Assembly: GCA_009773005.1 (NCBI GenBank)
Contig: WOUT01000002.1
Coordinates: 10,100 to 74,099 of the forward strand
DNA length: 64,000 bases
Direction: 5' to 3'
Origin: Chloroflexota bacterium
Lineage (GTDB): Bacteria; Chloroflexota; Anaerolineae; Anaerolineales; Anaerolineaceae
Under the pieces are notes generated by a model. The model saw nothing but the letters and a program-made list of their open reading frames with translations. It was not told where the DNA came from and made no database searches. Position numbers and translations under genes: made by a program. Position 1 is the first letter of the stretch. Every line of letters begins with the position of its first letter. Positions 1 to 9,184 of the stretch are shown here, piece by piece.

Positions 1-738
1 CATTACTTCACGATATCCTATTGCCGAAAGTGTTGGTAAATCCGGTGTGTACCCTTTTTCGATCAGTTGTTTCACTTCCTGCACAAGACCCTGGTCAAAC
101 ATCGTCTCAATCCGCGCATCCACTCTCGAATAGAGTTCCTCACGAGGTCTGATCAAACCGATGATCTTGAAATTGAGGGGAGGAGGTGTTTTTTCTTGTT
201 GTGTTGAAAACAGGACTCCTGTGCGAAAAATCACTTCCAGGGCTCTCACTGTGCGCCTAATGTTATTTGCTTCGATCTTGTCAGCCGCATCTGGATCAAT
301 AATGGATAGCTTGCGGTGGAGATTAACCGAACCGATTTCATCAGCCCAATTTTCAATGACCTCTCGCATCTTGTGGTCTGGCTGTAGTGCTGGAATCACC
401 CACCCCTCAGTCAACGATCTGATATATTGTCCCGTTCCCCCAACAACGATAGGTATCCGATTTAGGGATTGTACCGCCTTTATTTCTTCCAAAACCTGTT
501 TTTGATAAATTGCCAGTGACCAAACCTCATCCGGGTCTGCCAGATCAATCATGTGATGAGCAACTCGTCCTCTCGCATCAGGACCAGGTTTTGCAGTTCC
601 AATATCCATTCCTCGGTAAAGCAAACGAGAGTCAGCAGAGATAATCTCTCCGTCAATTCGTTCAGCAAGTCGAATGGCGAGATCAGTTTTCCCAACGGCG
701 GTCGGTCCAACAATTACAACAACTTTTTTATACTGCAT
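1..738 (-). CDS. miaA: tRNA dimethylallyltransferase MiaA. Partial: the C-terminus lies beyond the left window edge.
   Basis: Own translation of the minus strand from the ATG at 736-738: MQYKKVVVIVGPTAVGKTDLAIRLAERIDGEIISADSRLLYRGMDIGTAKP...IPIVVGGTGQYIRSL...LSAIGYREVM. P-loop GPTAVGKT. The frame is open to position 1. It is absent from the ORF track because no stop lies inside the window. Confidence 0.85.
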   Translation of the reverse strand, partial: MQYKKVVVIVGPTAVGKTDLAIRLAERIDGEIISADSRLLYRGMDIGTAKPGPDARGRVAHHMIDLADPDEVWSLAIYQKQVLEEIKAVQSLNRIPIVVGGTGQYIRSLTEGWVIPALQPDHKMREVIENWADEIGSVNLHRKLSIIDPDAADKIEANNIRRTVRALEVIFRTGVLFSTQQEKTPPPLNFKIIGLIRPREELYSRVDARIETMFDQGLVQEVKQLIEKGYTPDLPTLSAIGYREVM

Positions 739-1105
739 CTTGGAACCATTCGATAATCGGTGCATCTAACCCGATCTTCCCAATAATTGCAATAACATCG
801 ATCCGCCAATTCTCTCCGAGACCGGAGTGTTCCTGCATGAACCATTCCGCGGAATTGGTCATGTGCTCCAGTTTTTCTTCTGTCACTGCTTCTTCCGGAT
901 ATCCAGCCCGTTCATTTGTCCTGGTTTTAACCTCAACAAAAACCACCATGTCTTCTTTTTGAGCAATTAAATCAATTTCGCCTTCCGGCGTCCTGATATT
1001 CCTATCAATTATGACAAATCCCTGATTCTGCAAGTATTCAGCAGCGCAGGTTTCTCCCCATTTTCCGACCCTTTGATTATGTTGATTAACAGAAATTGTT
1101 TTCAA
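728..1105 (-). CDS. YraN family (UPF0102) endonuclease-like protein
   Basis: 125 aa. Motifs GEIDLIA and VFVEVKTRT are typical of the YraN/UPF0102 restriction-endonuclease-like fold. Its 3' end overlaps the miaA start by 11 nt. Confidence 0.75.
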   Translation of the reverse strand: MKTISVNQHNQRVGKWGETCAAEYLQNQGFVIIDRNIRTPEGEIDLIAQKEDMVVFVEVKTRTNERAGYPEEAVTEEKLEHMTNSAEWFMQEHSGLGENWRIDVIAIIGKIGLDAPIIEWFQDAV

Positions 1106-1247
1106 TTGTTGCCTTCCAAGCTAGCGGCTATCAGAAATTCTACCCCAACTTGTCTGTTTTAGGTTCGTAGAAGTAACTAAAAAAGATCGTATTACGAACA
1201 TCCTACTTTTAAATTCCTGATAGAATTGAACATACTTTGGAGCATAA

Positions 1248-2408
1248 ATGCCAACTGCTGAATTGATTGTTATCGGAACCGAATTGCTGCTTGGCGAGAT
1301 TAACGACACAAATACTCGATACCTTGCCCGCCAGCTCAGAGATTGCGGAATAGACCTGTTTCGCAGCACGACAGTTGGAGACAACGTGCAGCGAATTACG
1401 GCATTGATGCAGGAAGCTTTGTTGCGTGCAGATATTGTCATCTCTTCGGGTGGATTAGGTCCTACCGTTGACGACCCCACTCGGGAAGCTGCAGCTCTTG
1501 CGTTTGGGACGCATAATGAATTTCATCCAGAACTTTGGTTTCAGTTACGACAAAGATTTCAAAAACGTGGTTTGACGATTTCAGAGAATAACAAAAAGCA
1601 AGCCTACATCCCTTGCGGGGCAACAGTTGTTGAAAATCCGGTTGGAACCGCTCCGGCTTTCATACTAAGTTCCAACGAAAAAACACTTATTTGCCTGCCA
1701 GGCGTTCCCCGCGAAATGGAAACCCTGGTACAACTGTCTGTCATCCCCTGGCTTAAAACCCATTTTCAATCATCCGGCACGATCAAAGCCAAAGTCCTGC
1801 ATACCTCAGGGGTTGCAGAATCTCGAGTGGATGAACTGATCGGCGATCTGGAGAGGATGAAGAACCCTACCGTTGGGCTTCTCGCACATCCTGGAATTGT
1901 GGATATACGCATTACTGCCAAGGCTGAATCCGCTCAAGCCGCCGATAAAATGATCGAAAAGGTTGAATCTCAAATTCGCAAGCGGCTCGGCAAGGATATC
2001 TATGGAGAGGATGGCGAAACCTTAGCCAGTGCGATCCAACACATCACCGAACAGGTTCGTTATCCTATTAAGATCATCATTTGCGGATTCGGCTCTAATG
2101 CCTTCACCGATTTAATTCATCCAAAAATAAAAATTGAGACGTTAGAGACGAAAGACTTCGAATCCGCCATAAATCAGGTGAATATAGCGGGTGATAATAA
2201 AGATCATTTTATCTTTACGTGTAAATACACATCGCACATAGATATCGCAAAAATTGAATTAGGCTTTTTCTCTGAGGGTAATCCAATGCTCTCTTCCAGG
2301 GATTATCCAGGCGCAACTGAACTTTGGGAAGAATGGGCGAAAAATTTCAGTTTTAGTTTCATCCGACAGCAACTCATCTTAAAAGTCGTTAGTAGAGGAG
2401 ACTCATGA
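1248..2408 (+). CDS. CinA-like competence/damage-inducible protein (MoCF-binding domain) with a divergent C-terminal part
   Basis: The N-terminus AELIVIGTELLLGEINDTNTRYLARQL...SSGGLGPTVDDPTREA matches the CinA/MoaB-type domain. I could not see PncC deamidase motifs in the C-terminal ~130 aa. Confidence 0.7.
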   Translation: MPTAELIVIGTELLLGEINDTNTRYLARQLRDCGIDLFRSTTVGDNVQRITALMQEALLRADIVISSGGLGPTVDDPTREAAALAFGTHNEFHPELWFQLRQRFQKRGLTISENNKKQAYIPCGATVVENPVGTAPAFILSSNEKTLICLPGVPREMETLVQLSVIPWLKTHFQSSGTIKAKVLHTSGVAESRVDELIGDLERMKNPTVGLLAHPGIVDIRITAKAESAQAADKMIEKVESQIRKRLGKDIYGEDGETLASAIQHITEQVRYPIKIIICGFGSNAFTDLIHPKIKIETLETKDFESAINQVNIAGDNKDHFIFTCKYTSHIDIAKIELGFFSEGNPMLSSRDYPGATELWEEWAKNFSFSFIRQQLILKVVSRGDS

Positions 2409-4375
2409 TCAAAGCTGACTTAATTCTCAAAAACGCGATTTTATTATCCATGGACCAAGATTTTCATCAATACGATCCAGGCGCGATTGCGGTGAAAGGC
2501 AATTCGATCCTGGCTGTGGGCGTCGAGTCTGAAATCATATCAAATTACTCCTCCGATGAAGTCGTGGATTGTGGTGGAAAAGTGCTAATGCCAGGGTTGG
2601 TTAATGCCCATACTCACGTTCCAATGACGCTATTACGGGGATTGGCTGACGATTTGAGACTGGATGTCTGGTTGATGGGATACATGATGCCGGTCGAAAG
2701 AGAATTCGTCTCTCCCGATTTCGTTCAATTAGGAACTCGCCTGGCATGTGCCGAGATGATCAAATCAGGGATCACGTCATTTGCAGATATGTATTATTTT
2801 GAAGAGGATGTTGCAAAAGCGACCGCAGAAATCGGGATGCGCGCCCTTTGTTCTCAAACAGTGCTCAAATTTCCGACACCTGATGCCCAATTCTTTGAAG
2901 AATCCCTCGAAATGTCGCGGGATTTCATCAGCCGCTGGAAGAACCACGACTTGATCATTCCTTCTGTCGCTCCACACGCACCATATACTTGCACTCCAGA
3001 AATTCTCAAAGCCACAGCAGCCCTTGCTGCTGAATTTGATGTCCCCCTCCATACGCACCTTTCTGAAACTGCTTTCGAAGTGGAAACGATGCGCAAAGAA
3101 CAAGGGATGCCAGTCATTCCTTACGTCAAAAAACAAAACCTTTTTGATGCCAAGGTTCTAGCGGCTCACTGTGTTCATATCGATGATGGTGAAATTCGCA
3201 CATTACAGCATCTGGGCGCCGGGGTTTCACATAACCCCTCTTCGAACCTCAAACTGGCCTCAGGTATCGCTCCGGTCAAACGGATGCTTGAACTCGGTTT
3301 GAATGTCGGCATTGGTACCGATGGTCCGGCCTCTAACAATGATCTTGATATGTTTGAGGAAATTAGGTTAACCTCCTTCCTTCAAAAAGGGATCAGCGGC
3401 GACCCGACTACTCTGCCAGCCCGCACTGCGTTATTAATGGGCACGCGTCTTGGCGCTCAAGCTATGCACATCGGGCATATCACTGGTTCACTTGAGGTTG
3501 GCAAGCGCGCCGATTTGATCCTGATAGATCTATCCCCCTTGCACAATAGCCCTCAATTCAAACACAACCCACAGGGAACCTATGCTCAGATCGTGTTTGC
3601 TTCAAAAGCTTCAGACGTTACAGATGTGATGGTCAACGGAAAATGGTTAATGCGAGATCGCCAGCTTGTTAATCTAAATGAAAAAGACTTGCTGGTTCAA
3701 AGTCAGGAATACGCCAGGAAAATCGATTTATTCTTGATCAAGCGAGAATCCTCGATCCTGTCTAAATTGATCGCCATTGGCGGCGCCGCAGAAGAAGAAA
3801 GTTTTGAGATCCAGATCAAAGTCAGGGTAAAAGATCCTACCCCTATTTACAAAGCTTTGGATAATCCCGAGATCGAAATAATCCGTGAACGGCATTACCA
3901 TGAATTTGATCTCTATTTCTTCTTCAAGGATGTTGAACAAGGAATGCTGCGGTATCGTGAAGATGAATTCATCACAAAGGAAGGCAAGATCGAACAGGTA
4001 AGGTCCAGACTGACATTAATTGGTCAGACGATTGAGGATCGGTTCCCACAGGAAGTTCTGCTCTCCCGCAGCCGCTATCTGGCAAATGCCACTCAAAGTC
4101 CACGGTTCTACCGAGAATACTTTAAACCCCACCTGGAAAAAGAGGTTGAAAAAGACCGTGTTCGCTTTTTGGTAAAGTATAAAGGTTTCGAATTCTTTAT
4201 CAATATCGATGAGATCAAGAAGCCAAAAATCGGTTTTTTCCTTGAAGTGAAAAGCCGTACCTGGAGTCGCCAGGATGCAGAAATAAAATCAAAATTGGTA
4301 ACTGAGCTAATCGAATGCCTTGGCGGGGATTTAAATGAAACAACTTCCGAGGACTATATCGAGATGGTGAAATAG
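2405..4375 (+). CDS. Amidohydrolase of the MTA/SAH (MtaD/TrzA-type) deaminase family fused to a C-terminal CYTH (triphosphate tunnel / class IV adenylyl-cyclase-like) domain
   Basis: 656 aa. N-terminal part: PGLVNAHTHVPMT, HLSET, GTDGPASNNDLDMFEE (metal-dependent deaminase motifs). C-terminal ~190 aa begins FEIQIKVRV and contains FFLEVKSR, a CYTH-like strand pattern. The start overlaps the cinA-like stop (ATGA). Confidence 0.8.
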   Translation: MIKADLILKNAILLSMDQDFHQYDPGAIAVKGNSILAVGVESEIISNYSSDEVVDCGGKVLMPGLVNAHTHVPMTLLRGLADDLRLDVWLMGYMMPVEREFVSPDFVQLGTRLACAEMIKSGITSFADMYYFEEDVAKATAEIGMRALCSQTVLKFPTPDAQFFEESLEMSRDFISRWKNHDLIIPSVAPHAPYTCTPEILKATAALAAEFDVPLHTHLSETAFEVETMRKEQGMPVIPYVKKQNLFDAKVLAAHCVHIDDGEIRTLQHLGAGVSHNPSSNLKLASGIAPVKRMLELGLNVGIGTDGPASNNDLDMFEEIRLTSFLQKGISGDPTTLPARTALLMGTRLGAQAMHIGHITGSLEVGKRADLILIDLSPLHNSPQFKHNPQGTYAQIVFASKASDVTDVMVNGKWLMRDRQLVNLNEKDLLVQSQEYARKIDLFLIKRESSILSKLIAIGGAAEEESFEIQIKVRVKDPTPIYKALDNPEIEIIRERHYHEFDLYFFFKDVEQGMLRYREDEFITKEGKIEQVRSRLTLIGQTIEDRFPQEVLLSRSRYLANATQSPRFYREYFKPHLEKEVEKDRVRFLVKYKGFEFFINIDEIKKPKIGFFLEVKSRTWSRQDAEIKSKLVTELIECLGGDLNETTSEDYIEMVK

Positions 4376-4376
4376 G

Positions 4377-5870
4377 ATGCCTTTCGTACAAGATGAGGCC
4401 GTAGAAAAAAATGACTCTATCCACGTCCTTTTCATCGCAGCTGAAGCGGACCCGTATGTAAAAATTGGCGGCCTTGGAGATGTGGCTGGGTCGCTACCTT
4501 TAGCCTTGCATCGTTTATACAATGCGGATATTTTTCAACAAAAACTAGATATCCGGCTCGTGCTCCCCTATTATGGGGTCATTCAACAACAGGACTTAAC
4601 AGTTAAAAAAGTTTGTAGTTTTTCTGTCCAAACAAATAAAGATCCGGTACAGGCAGAAGTGTATGAAACCACCAAGGAAGGGCTAATCATTTACTTTGTT
4701 TCTGGCGATCCCATCCCACCTGGTGACCCGGTTTATAACCAAAATTTTTCCGCTGACGCGGACAAATTCATTTTTTTTTCATTAGCTTGTTTAGAGTTAC
4801 CAAAAGTGCTAGGCTGGAGAGTGGATATTTTACACGTGCATGATTGGCATACTGCCATTGCGGTTCACCAGCTGAAGATGATCAAAAAACGTGATTCATT
4901 CTATAAGAAATCACGTTCGATCATCACGTTGCACAATCTGCCCTTTATGGGCAACGGTTCTGAGCAAGCTTTGGTCAAATATAAAATCAAACCCTCAACC
5001 GATCCCACTCTGCCTGACTGGGCACAATACTTGCCTCTGCCTATGGGGTTTGCGGCAGCAGATCAAATCGTCGCGGTTTCACCCGCCTACGCACAGGAAA
5101 TCCTGACACCGGAATTCAGTTGTAACCTGCACGATTTCTTTGAATCTAATCAAAAAAAGTTAAGCGGAATACTGAATGGTCTCGATACTATACTTTGGAA
5201 TCCCTCAACGGATTCTTTCATTCACCAGACCTACGACAGGAATTCGTTAGGTAAAAAAAGACTTAACAAATCAGAAATTCAAAAAGAAATGGGTCTGGTA
5301 GAAAATCCTGAAACTCCTCTCATCGTCCTCATCAGCCGCATGGATACCCAAAAAGGGATCGACATTGCGATCGAGGCATTAAAACTAACCAAAAACTTGC
5401 CTTGGCAGGCGATTTTGTTGGGTTCAGGGGATATCAAATTGGAGCAGTTATGCCAGTCCCTGGAAGATCAACTTCCTGACAAGGTACGCGCCAGGGTTTC
5501 GTTTGATCCAAAGCTCTCCCACCGCATGTACGCTGGCGGGGATATGCTGTTAATGCCTTCCAGATATGAGCCATGCGGTCTGACACAAATGATTGCCATG
5601 CGCTATGGTTGTATTCCGGTCGCCAGAGCTACTGGTGGCTTAAAAGATTCGATCATCGATAATGAAAAAAGTTTAGAGAGAACAGGGTTCTTGTTTGAGA
5701 CTGCTGACCCGCAAGCTTTTGCCAAGTCACTCACAACGGCGTTGGTTTGTTTTGACAAAAATTCAGAGTGGATCGAAATTCAGCAACGGGCAATGCAAAC
5801 TGACTTTTCTTGGGCGCACTCTGCTGTGAAATATTCTCGCTTGTATAATAGACTCGTAATAAAACAATAA
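4377..5870 (+). CDS. glgA: Glycogen (starch) synthase
   Basis: 497 aa. Contains KIGGLGDVAGSLPLAL, HDWHTA and a C-terminal GT-B region (PSRYEPCGLTQM). Starts 1 nt after the upstream stop. Confidence 0.9.
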   Translation: MPFVQDEAVEKNDSIHVLFIAAEADPYVKIGGLGDVAGSLPLALHRLYNADIFQQKLDIRLVLPYYGVIQQQDLTVKKVCSFSVQTNKDPVQAEVYETTKEGLIIYFVSGDPIPPGDPVYNQNFSADADKFIFFSLACLELPKVLGWRVDILHVHDWHTAIAVHQLKMIKKRDSFYKKSRSIITLHNLPFMGNGSEQALVKYKIKPSTDPTLPDWAQYLPLPMGFAAADQIVAVSPAYAQEILTPEFSCNLHDFFESNQKKLSGILNGLDTILWNPSTDSFIHQTYDRNSLGKKRLNKSEIQKEMGLVENPETPLIVLISRMDTQKGIDIAIEALKLTKNLPWQAILLGSGDIKLEQLCQSLEDQLPDKVRARVSFDPKLSHRMYAGGDMLLMPSRYEPCGLTQMIAMRYGCIPVARATGGLKDSIIDNEKSLERTGFLFETADPQAFAKSLTTALVCFDKNSEWIEIQQRAMQTDFSWAHSAVKYSRLYNRLVIKQ

Positions 5871-5889
5871 CAAGAGAACGGAGTAACAA

Positions 5890-7377
5890 ATGATATTTCA
5901 AAGAAAGTCCGGAATCATCCTCCATCCAACAAGTCTGCCTGGACCCGATGGTATCGGCGACCTTGGACCAGAAGCTTATCATTGGATCGATTTCCTCTCA
6001 CAAGCAGGATGCGGTCTCTGGCAGATCCTCCCTTTGGGACCAACCGGATACGGCGACTCACCATATCAATGTTTTTCTGCCTTTGCCGGTAACCCATATC
6101 TCATCAGCCCTGCCTTACTGATGGAACAAAACCTTCTTAAGCGCACTGACCTGACCGACCGGCCAGTTTTTCCCGAGAATTCAATTGACTTTGGATCTGT
6201 GATCGAATGGAAGCTCACGCTCATAAATCGCGCATACCAGCGTTTCTTAAAAACATCGAATTCTTCATTAATAAAAGGCTACGAAGAGTTTTGTGAAACA
6301 GAAAAAGAGTGGCTGATTGATTTTGCTTTCTTTATGGCAATCAAGGAGAATCAAGGTGGAGTTTCCTGGGATAATTGGCCTGAAAGTTTGCGAACACGCT
6401 CCGAAAAAGCAATGGAAGATTTTGCTTCCAAAAATGCGGCTGCCATTGAAAAACAAAAGTTTCGCCAATTCCTGTTCTTTGAACAATGGGCGCGAATATG
6501 CAAATATGCAGCGTCAAAAGGAGTTCAAATTATCGGTGATATTCCAATCTTTGTTTCTTATGACAGCGCTGATGCCTGGGCGCATCCCGAACTATTTTAC
6601 CTAAACGAAAAAGGGAAACCTACTTGTGTTGCCGGAGTTCCGCCTGATTATTTTTCCCCCACGGGCCAACTATGGGGAAACCCGCTTTACCGCTGGGACG
6701 TGCATAAAAAGCAGGGGTATAGCTGGTGGATTAAACGGGTTCATTCTGTACTAAAAGCAGTCGACATTATCCGCCTTGACCACTTCAGAGGTTTTGCCGG
6801 ATACTGGGAGGTACCTGCTGGTATGCCAACAGCGGAAATCGGTCGATGGACAAAAGGACCGGGTAAATCAGTTTTCAAGGCACTCGAAACAGAGTTTCAC
6901 GGTTTGCCTATCCTCGCAGAGGACCTTGGCGAGATCACACCAGATGTCATCGATTTAAGAGATTCCTATAATCTTCCGGGTATGAAAATCTTCCAATTTG
7001 CATTCTCTTCTACACCAGATGATCCTTTCTTACCCCATAACTATCCGCAAAATTGTGTTGCGTATACAGGAACCCATGATAATGATACCGCCCGCGGTTG
7101 GTATGAAACCGCGCCTGAAGATGAGCGTGACTTTTGCCGGCGATACCTGGCGTGCTCTGGAGACGATATTTCGTGGGATATGATTCGTGCCGTTTGGAGT
7201 TCTACGGCAGTGTTTGCGCTAGCCCCGCTGCAAGACCTTCTCTGTTTAGGACAGGAGGGTCGTATGAATTTTCCAGGGAAACCAGCTGGAAATTGGGGGT
7301 GGCGTTTTGAGTCAGGCAGATTATCACCGGATTTAATTCAACGTTTGAAGGAAATGAACTTCCTTTATAGCCGATAG
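5890..7377 (+). CDS. malQ: 4-alpha-glucanotransferase (amylomaltase, GH77)
   Basis: 495 aa. Contains GIILHPTSLPG, SPYQCFSAFAGNPYLIS, IRLDHFRGF and YTGTHDNDT. Confidence 0.9.
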   Translation: MIFQRKSGIILHPTSLPGPDGIGDLGPEAYHWIDFLSQAGCGLWQILPLGPTGYGDSPYQCFSAFAGNPYLISPALLMEQNLLKRTDLTDRPVFPENSIDFGSVIEWKLTLINRAYQRFLKTSNSSLIKGYEEFCETEKEWLIDFAFFMAIKENQGGVSWDNWPESLRTRSEKAMEDFASKNAAAIEKQKFRQFLFFEQWARICKYAASKGVQIIGDIPIFVSYDSADAWAHPELFYLNEKGKPTCVAGVPPDYFSPTGQLWGNPLYRWDVHKKQGYSWWIKRVHSVLKAVDIIRLDHFRGFAGYWEVPAGMPTAEIGRWTKGPGKSVFKALETEFHGLPILAEDLGEITPDVIDLRDSYNLPGMKIFQFAFSSTPDDPFLPHNYPQNCVAYTGTHDNDTARGWYETAPEDERDFCRRYLACSGDDISWDMIRAVWSSTAVFALAPLQDLLCLGQEGRMNFPGKPAGNWGWRFESGRLSPDLIQRLKEMNFLYSR

Positions 7378-7384
7378 AAATAAT

Positions 7385-7410
7385 CAATCCCGCAAAACGT
7401 GGGATTGCTT
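7385..7410. terminator. Possible bidirectional hairpin between convergent malQ and the EamA gene
   Basis: caatccc (7385-7391) pairs with gggattg (7401-7407) across a 9-nt loop. The U-tract is poor. Confidence 0.4.
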
Positions 7411-8356
7411 ACTTACTTGATACTATTGCCATCTTTTTACCGGTCTTGGTTGCAAATGTGATGCCCAATAAGATCAAAAATCCACCAAATAATTCAAACG
7501 CTGTTGGGGATTCCCGCAGAAAGAGATATGCCAATAAAATGGTTCCAACAGGTTCACCCAGCAGCGCAATCGAAACATACGCGGCTGAAAGATATTTCAA
7601 GGCGTAATTGAATGAGGAATGTCCGATCAATTGCGGGATGATTGCCAATAATAGAATCCAGATATATGTATTTGTTGTATAACCGATAAGAGACTGATCG
7701 GAGATAAATACCAGCACAATTAAAACAACTGCCGCGATGCCATAGACAATAAAAGTATACGGGAGCAACGTCAGCTCGTTTCTAACCCGCCTGCCAATCA
7801 TCAAGTATCCACCAGAAAGGAACGCTCCTAGCAAGGCTAGCAGATTTCCGAAAAACGCGCGTCCTTGAAAAAGTGAATCAAATGGGACGCATCGAAGCGC
7901 GACTCCAGTGACTATACATTTCCCGCTAATGCCTACAATCATGCTTCCCGTTATAGAGATGACAAGTCCAATCAACACCCATTTGGCGACCTTTTCCTTT
8001 AGGAAAAGAGGAGAAAGTAGAGCCACCCACAATGGAGCAGTGGTGACCAACACGACTGAACTTGCCACACTTGTATATTCCAAAGAAGAGATCCACGAAG
8101 CAAAATGAAACCCGAGAAAGATCCCACCCAGGATCATGAAAAATAAGGTGCGGCCACGAATTACTCTCAATTCAACAAGTGATCGGCGGATTACGAAAGG
8201 TGCGAGAAGGATTGTTGCGATCGAGAGTCTCCCGGCAGCAATCGCCAACGATGGCGCCTCTGCCTGCGCATATCGAATAAATATCGATGCAGTTGATACG
8301 GCTAAAATTCCCAGGAATAATCCAGGAATCGGGGATATATTTTTTAAAGTTTTCAT
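7409..8356 (-). CDS. EamA/DMT family transporter
   Basis: 315 aa, roughly 10 hydrophobic helices with a duplicated EamA-like organisation. Confidence 0.8.
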   Translation of the reverse strand: MKTLKNISPIPGLFLGILAVSTASIFIRYAQAEAPSLAIAAGRLSIATILLAPFVIRRSLVELRVIRGRTLFFMILGGIFLGFHFASWISSLEYTSVASSVVLVTTAPLWVALLSPLFLKEKVAKWVLIGLVISITGSMIVGISGKCIVTGVALRCVPFDSLFQGRAFFGNLLALLGAFLSGGYLMIGRRVRNELTLLPYTFIVYGIAAVVLIVLVFISDQSLIGYTTNTYIWILLLAIIPQLIGHSSFNYALKYLSAAYVSIALLGEPVGTILLAYLFLRESPTAFELFGGFLILLGITFATKTGKKMAIVSSK

Positions 8357-8386
8357 CTAACATTTTCCAATGATCGAGTATTCAAG

Positions 8387-8436
8387 GTTGATTTATCCAA
8401 ACATAATTCCAGTTGATTTATCCAAACATAATTCCA
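8387..8436. repeat. Perfect 25-bp tandem direct repeat (2 copies) immediately upstream of the sodA promoter
   Basis: gttgatttatccaaacataattcca occurs at 8387-8411 and again at 8412-8436 with no spacer. Confidence 0.95.
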
Positions 8437-8441
8437 TTCAC

Positions 8442-8470
8442 TTGACAAAGCAAGTCAGCTTGGCTAGAAT
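8442..8470 (+). promoter_or_regulatory. Sigma-70-type promoter for sodA
   Basis: TTGACA (8442-8447), a 17-nt spacer, then TAGAAT (8465-8470). It lies about 70 nt upstream of the sodA start. Confidence 0.6.
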
Positions 8471-8539
8471 CTTATTGTACATGAGACGGGTTTATAGGTA
8501 GTCGAGAGAATTTGACAATCAAAAGATATGGAGGAGATC

Positions 8540-9151
8540 ATGCCTTTCGAAATACCCCCCCTGAGATATTCGTTAGACGCACTTGAACCGATCATAGACA
8601 CCCAAACAGTAGAAATTCATTATACAAAACATCATGCAACCTATCTTAAGAATTTAAACGCTGCAATTGAAAAGCACCCGCAATTCTTTGAATGGACTCT
8701 TGAGAAGATCATGAGCAATCTCGACCAAATTCCGGAAGATATTCGCACAGCAGTGCGTAACAATGGTGGCGGAGTTTACAATCACAATGTATACTGGGCG
8801 TCCATGGCGCCTGGTCAATCAGGTAATCCGGTTGGTAAACTGGCTGACGTAATTAATACAACCTTTGGGAGTTTTAATAATTTAAAAGCAGAGTTCGAAA
8901 AAACCGCCTTATCCCGTTTTGGCAGCGGATATTGCTGGTTGAGCGCTAAAAATGGTGGGCAGCTCTTGGTACATTCGACTGCAAACCAAGATTCCCCTTT
9001 GCAAGAGGGCATAATGCCCATTTTGGTTATCGATGTTTGGGAACATGCATATTACCTGAAATATCAGAATCGACGCGCCGATTATATTATCAATTGGTGG
9101 TCGTTAGTGAACTGGAAGGAAGCAGAAAAACAATTCGCCAAAGTTAATTAA
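8540..9151 (+). CDS. sodA: Fe/Mn superoxide dismutase
   Basis: MPFEIPPLRYSLDALEP..HYTKHH...DVWEHAYYLKYQNRR. I prefer the ATG at 8540, which is preceded by GGAGGAG (8530-8536). The in-frame ATG at 8528 is an alternative. Confidence 0.9.
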   Translation: MPFEIPPLRYSLDALEPIIDTQTVEIHYTKHHATYLKNLNAAIEKHPQFFEWTLEKIMSNLDQIPEDIRTAVRNNGGGVYNHNVYWASMAPGQSGNPVGKLADVINTTFGSFNNLKAEFEKTALSRFGSGYCWLSAKNGGQLLVHSTANQDSPLQEGIMPILVIDVWEHAYYLKYQNRRADYIINWWSLVNWKEAEKQFAKVN

Positions 9152-9184
9152 CAAATTTACCCAAATTCGAAGACGGAGGATTAT

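Noticed and set aside
161-756. Plus-strand ORFs 161-505 and 553-756 from the track
   Set aside because: They lie antisense to a continuous, motif-rich MiaA frame on the minus strand. They have no motifs of their own and are shadow ORFs.
4771-4779. T9 homopolymer inside glgA as a phase-variation tract
   Set aside because: It encodes Phe-Phe in a hydrophobic segment (FIFFSLA) of an intact ORF. It is a single tract in a housekeeping gene with no contingency-locus context.
8387-8436. Possibility that the 25-bp repeat is a minimal CRISPR array
   Set aside because: The two copies are directly adjacent with no spacer. There are no further repeats and no cas genes in the window.
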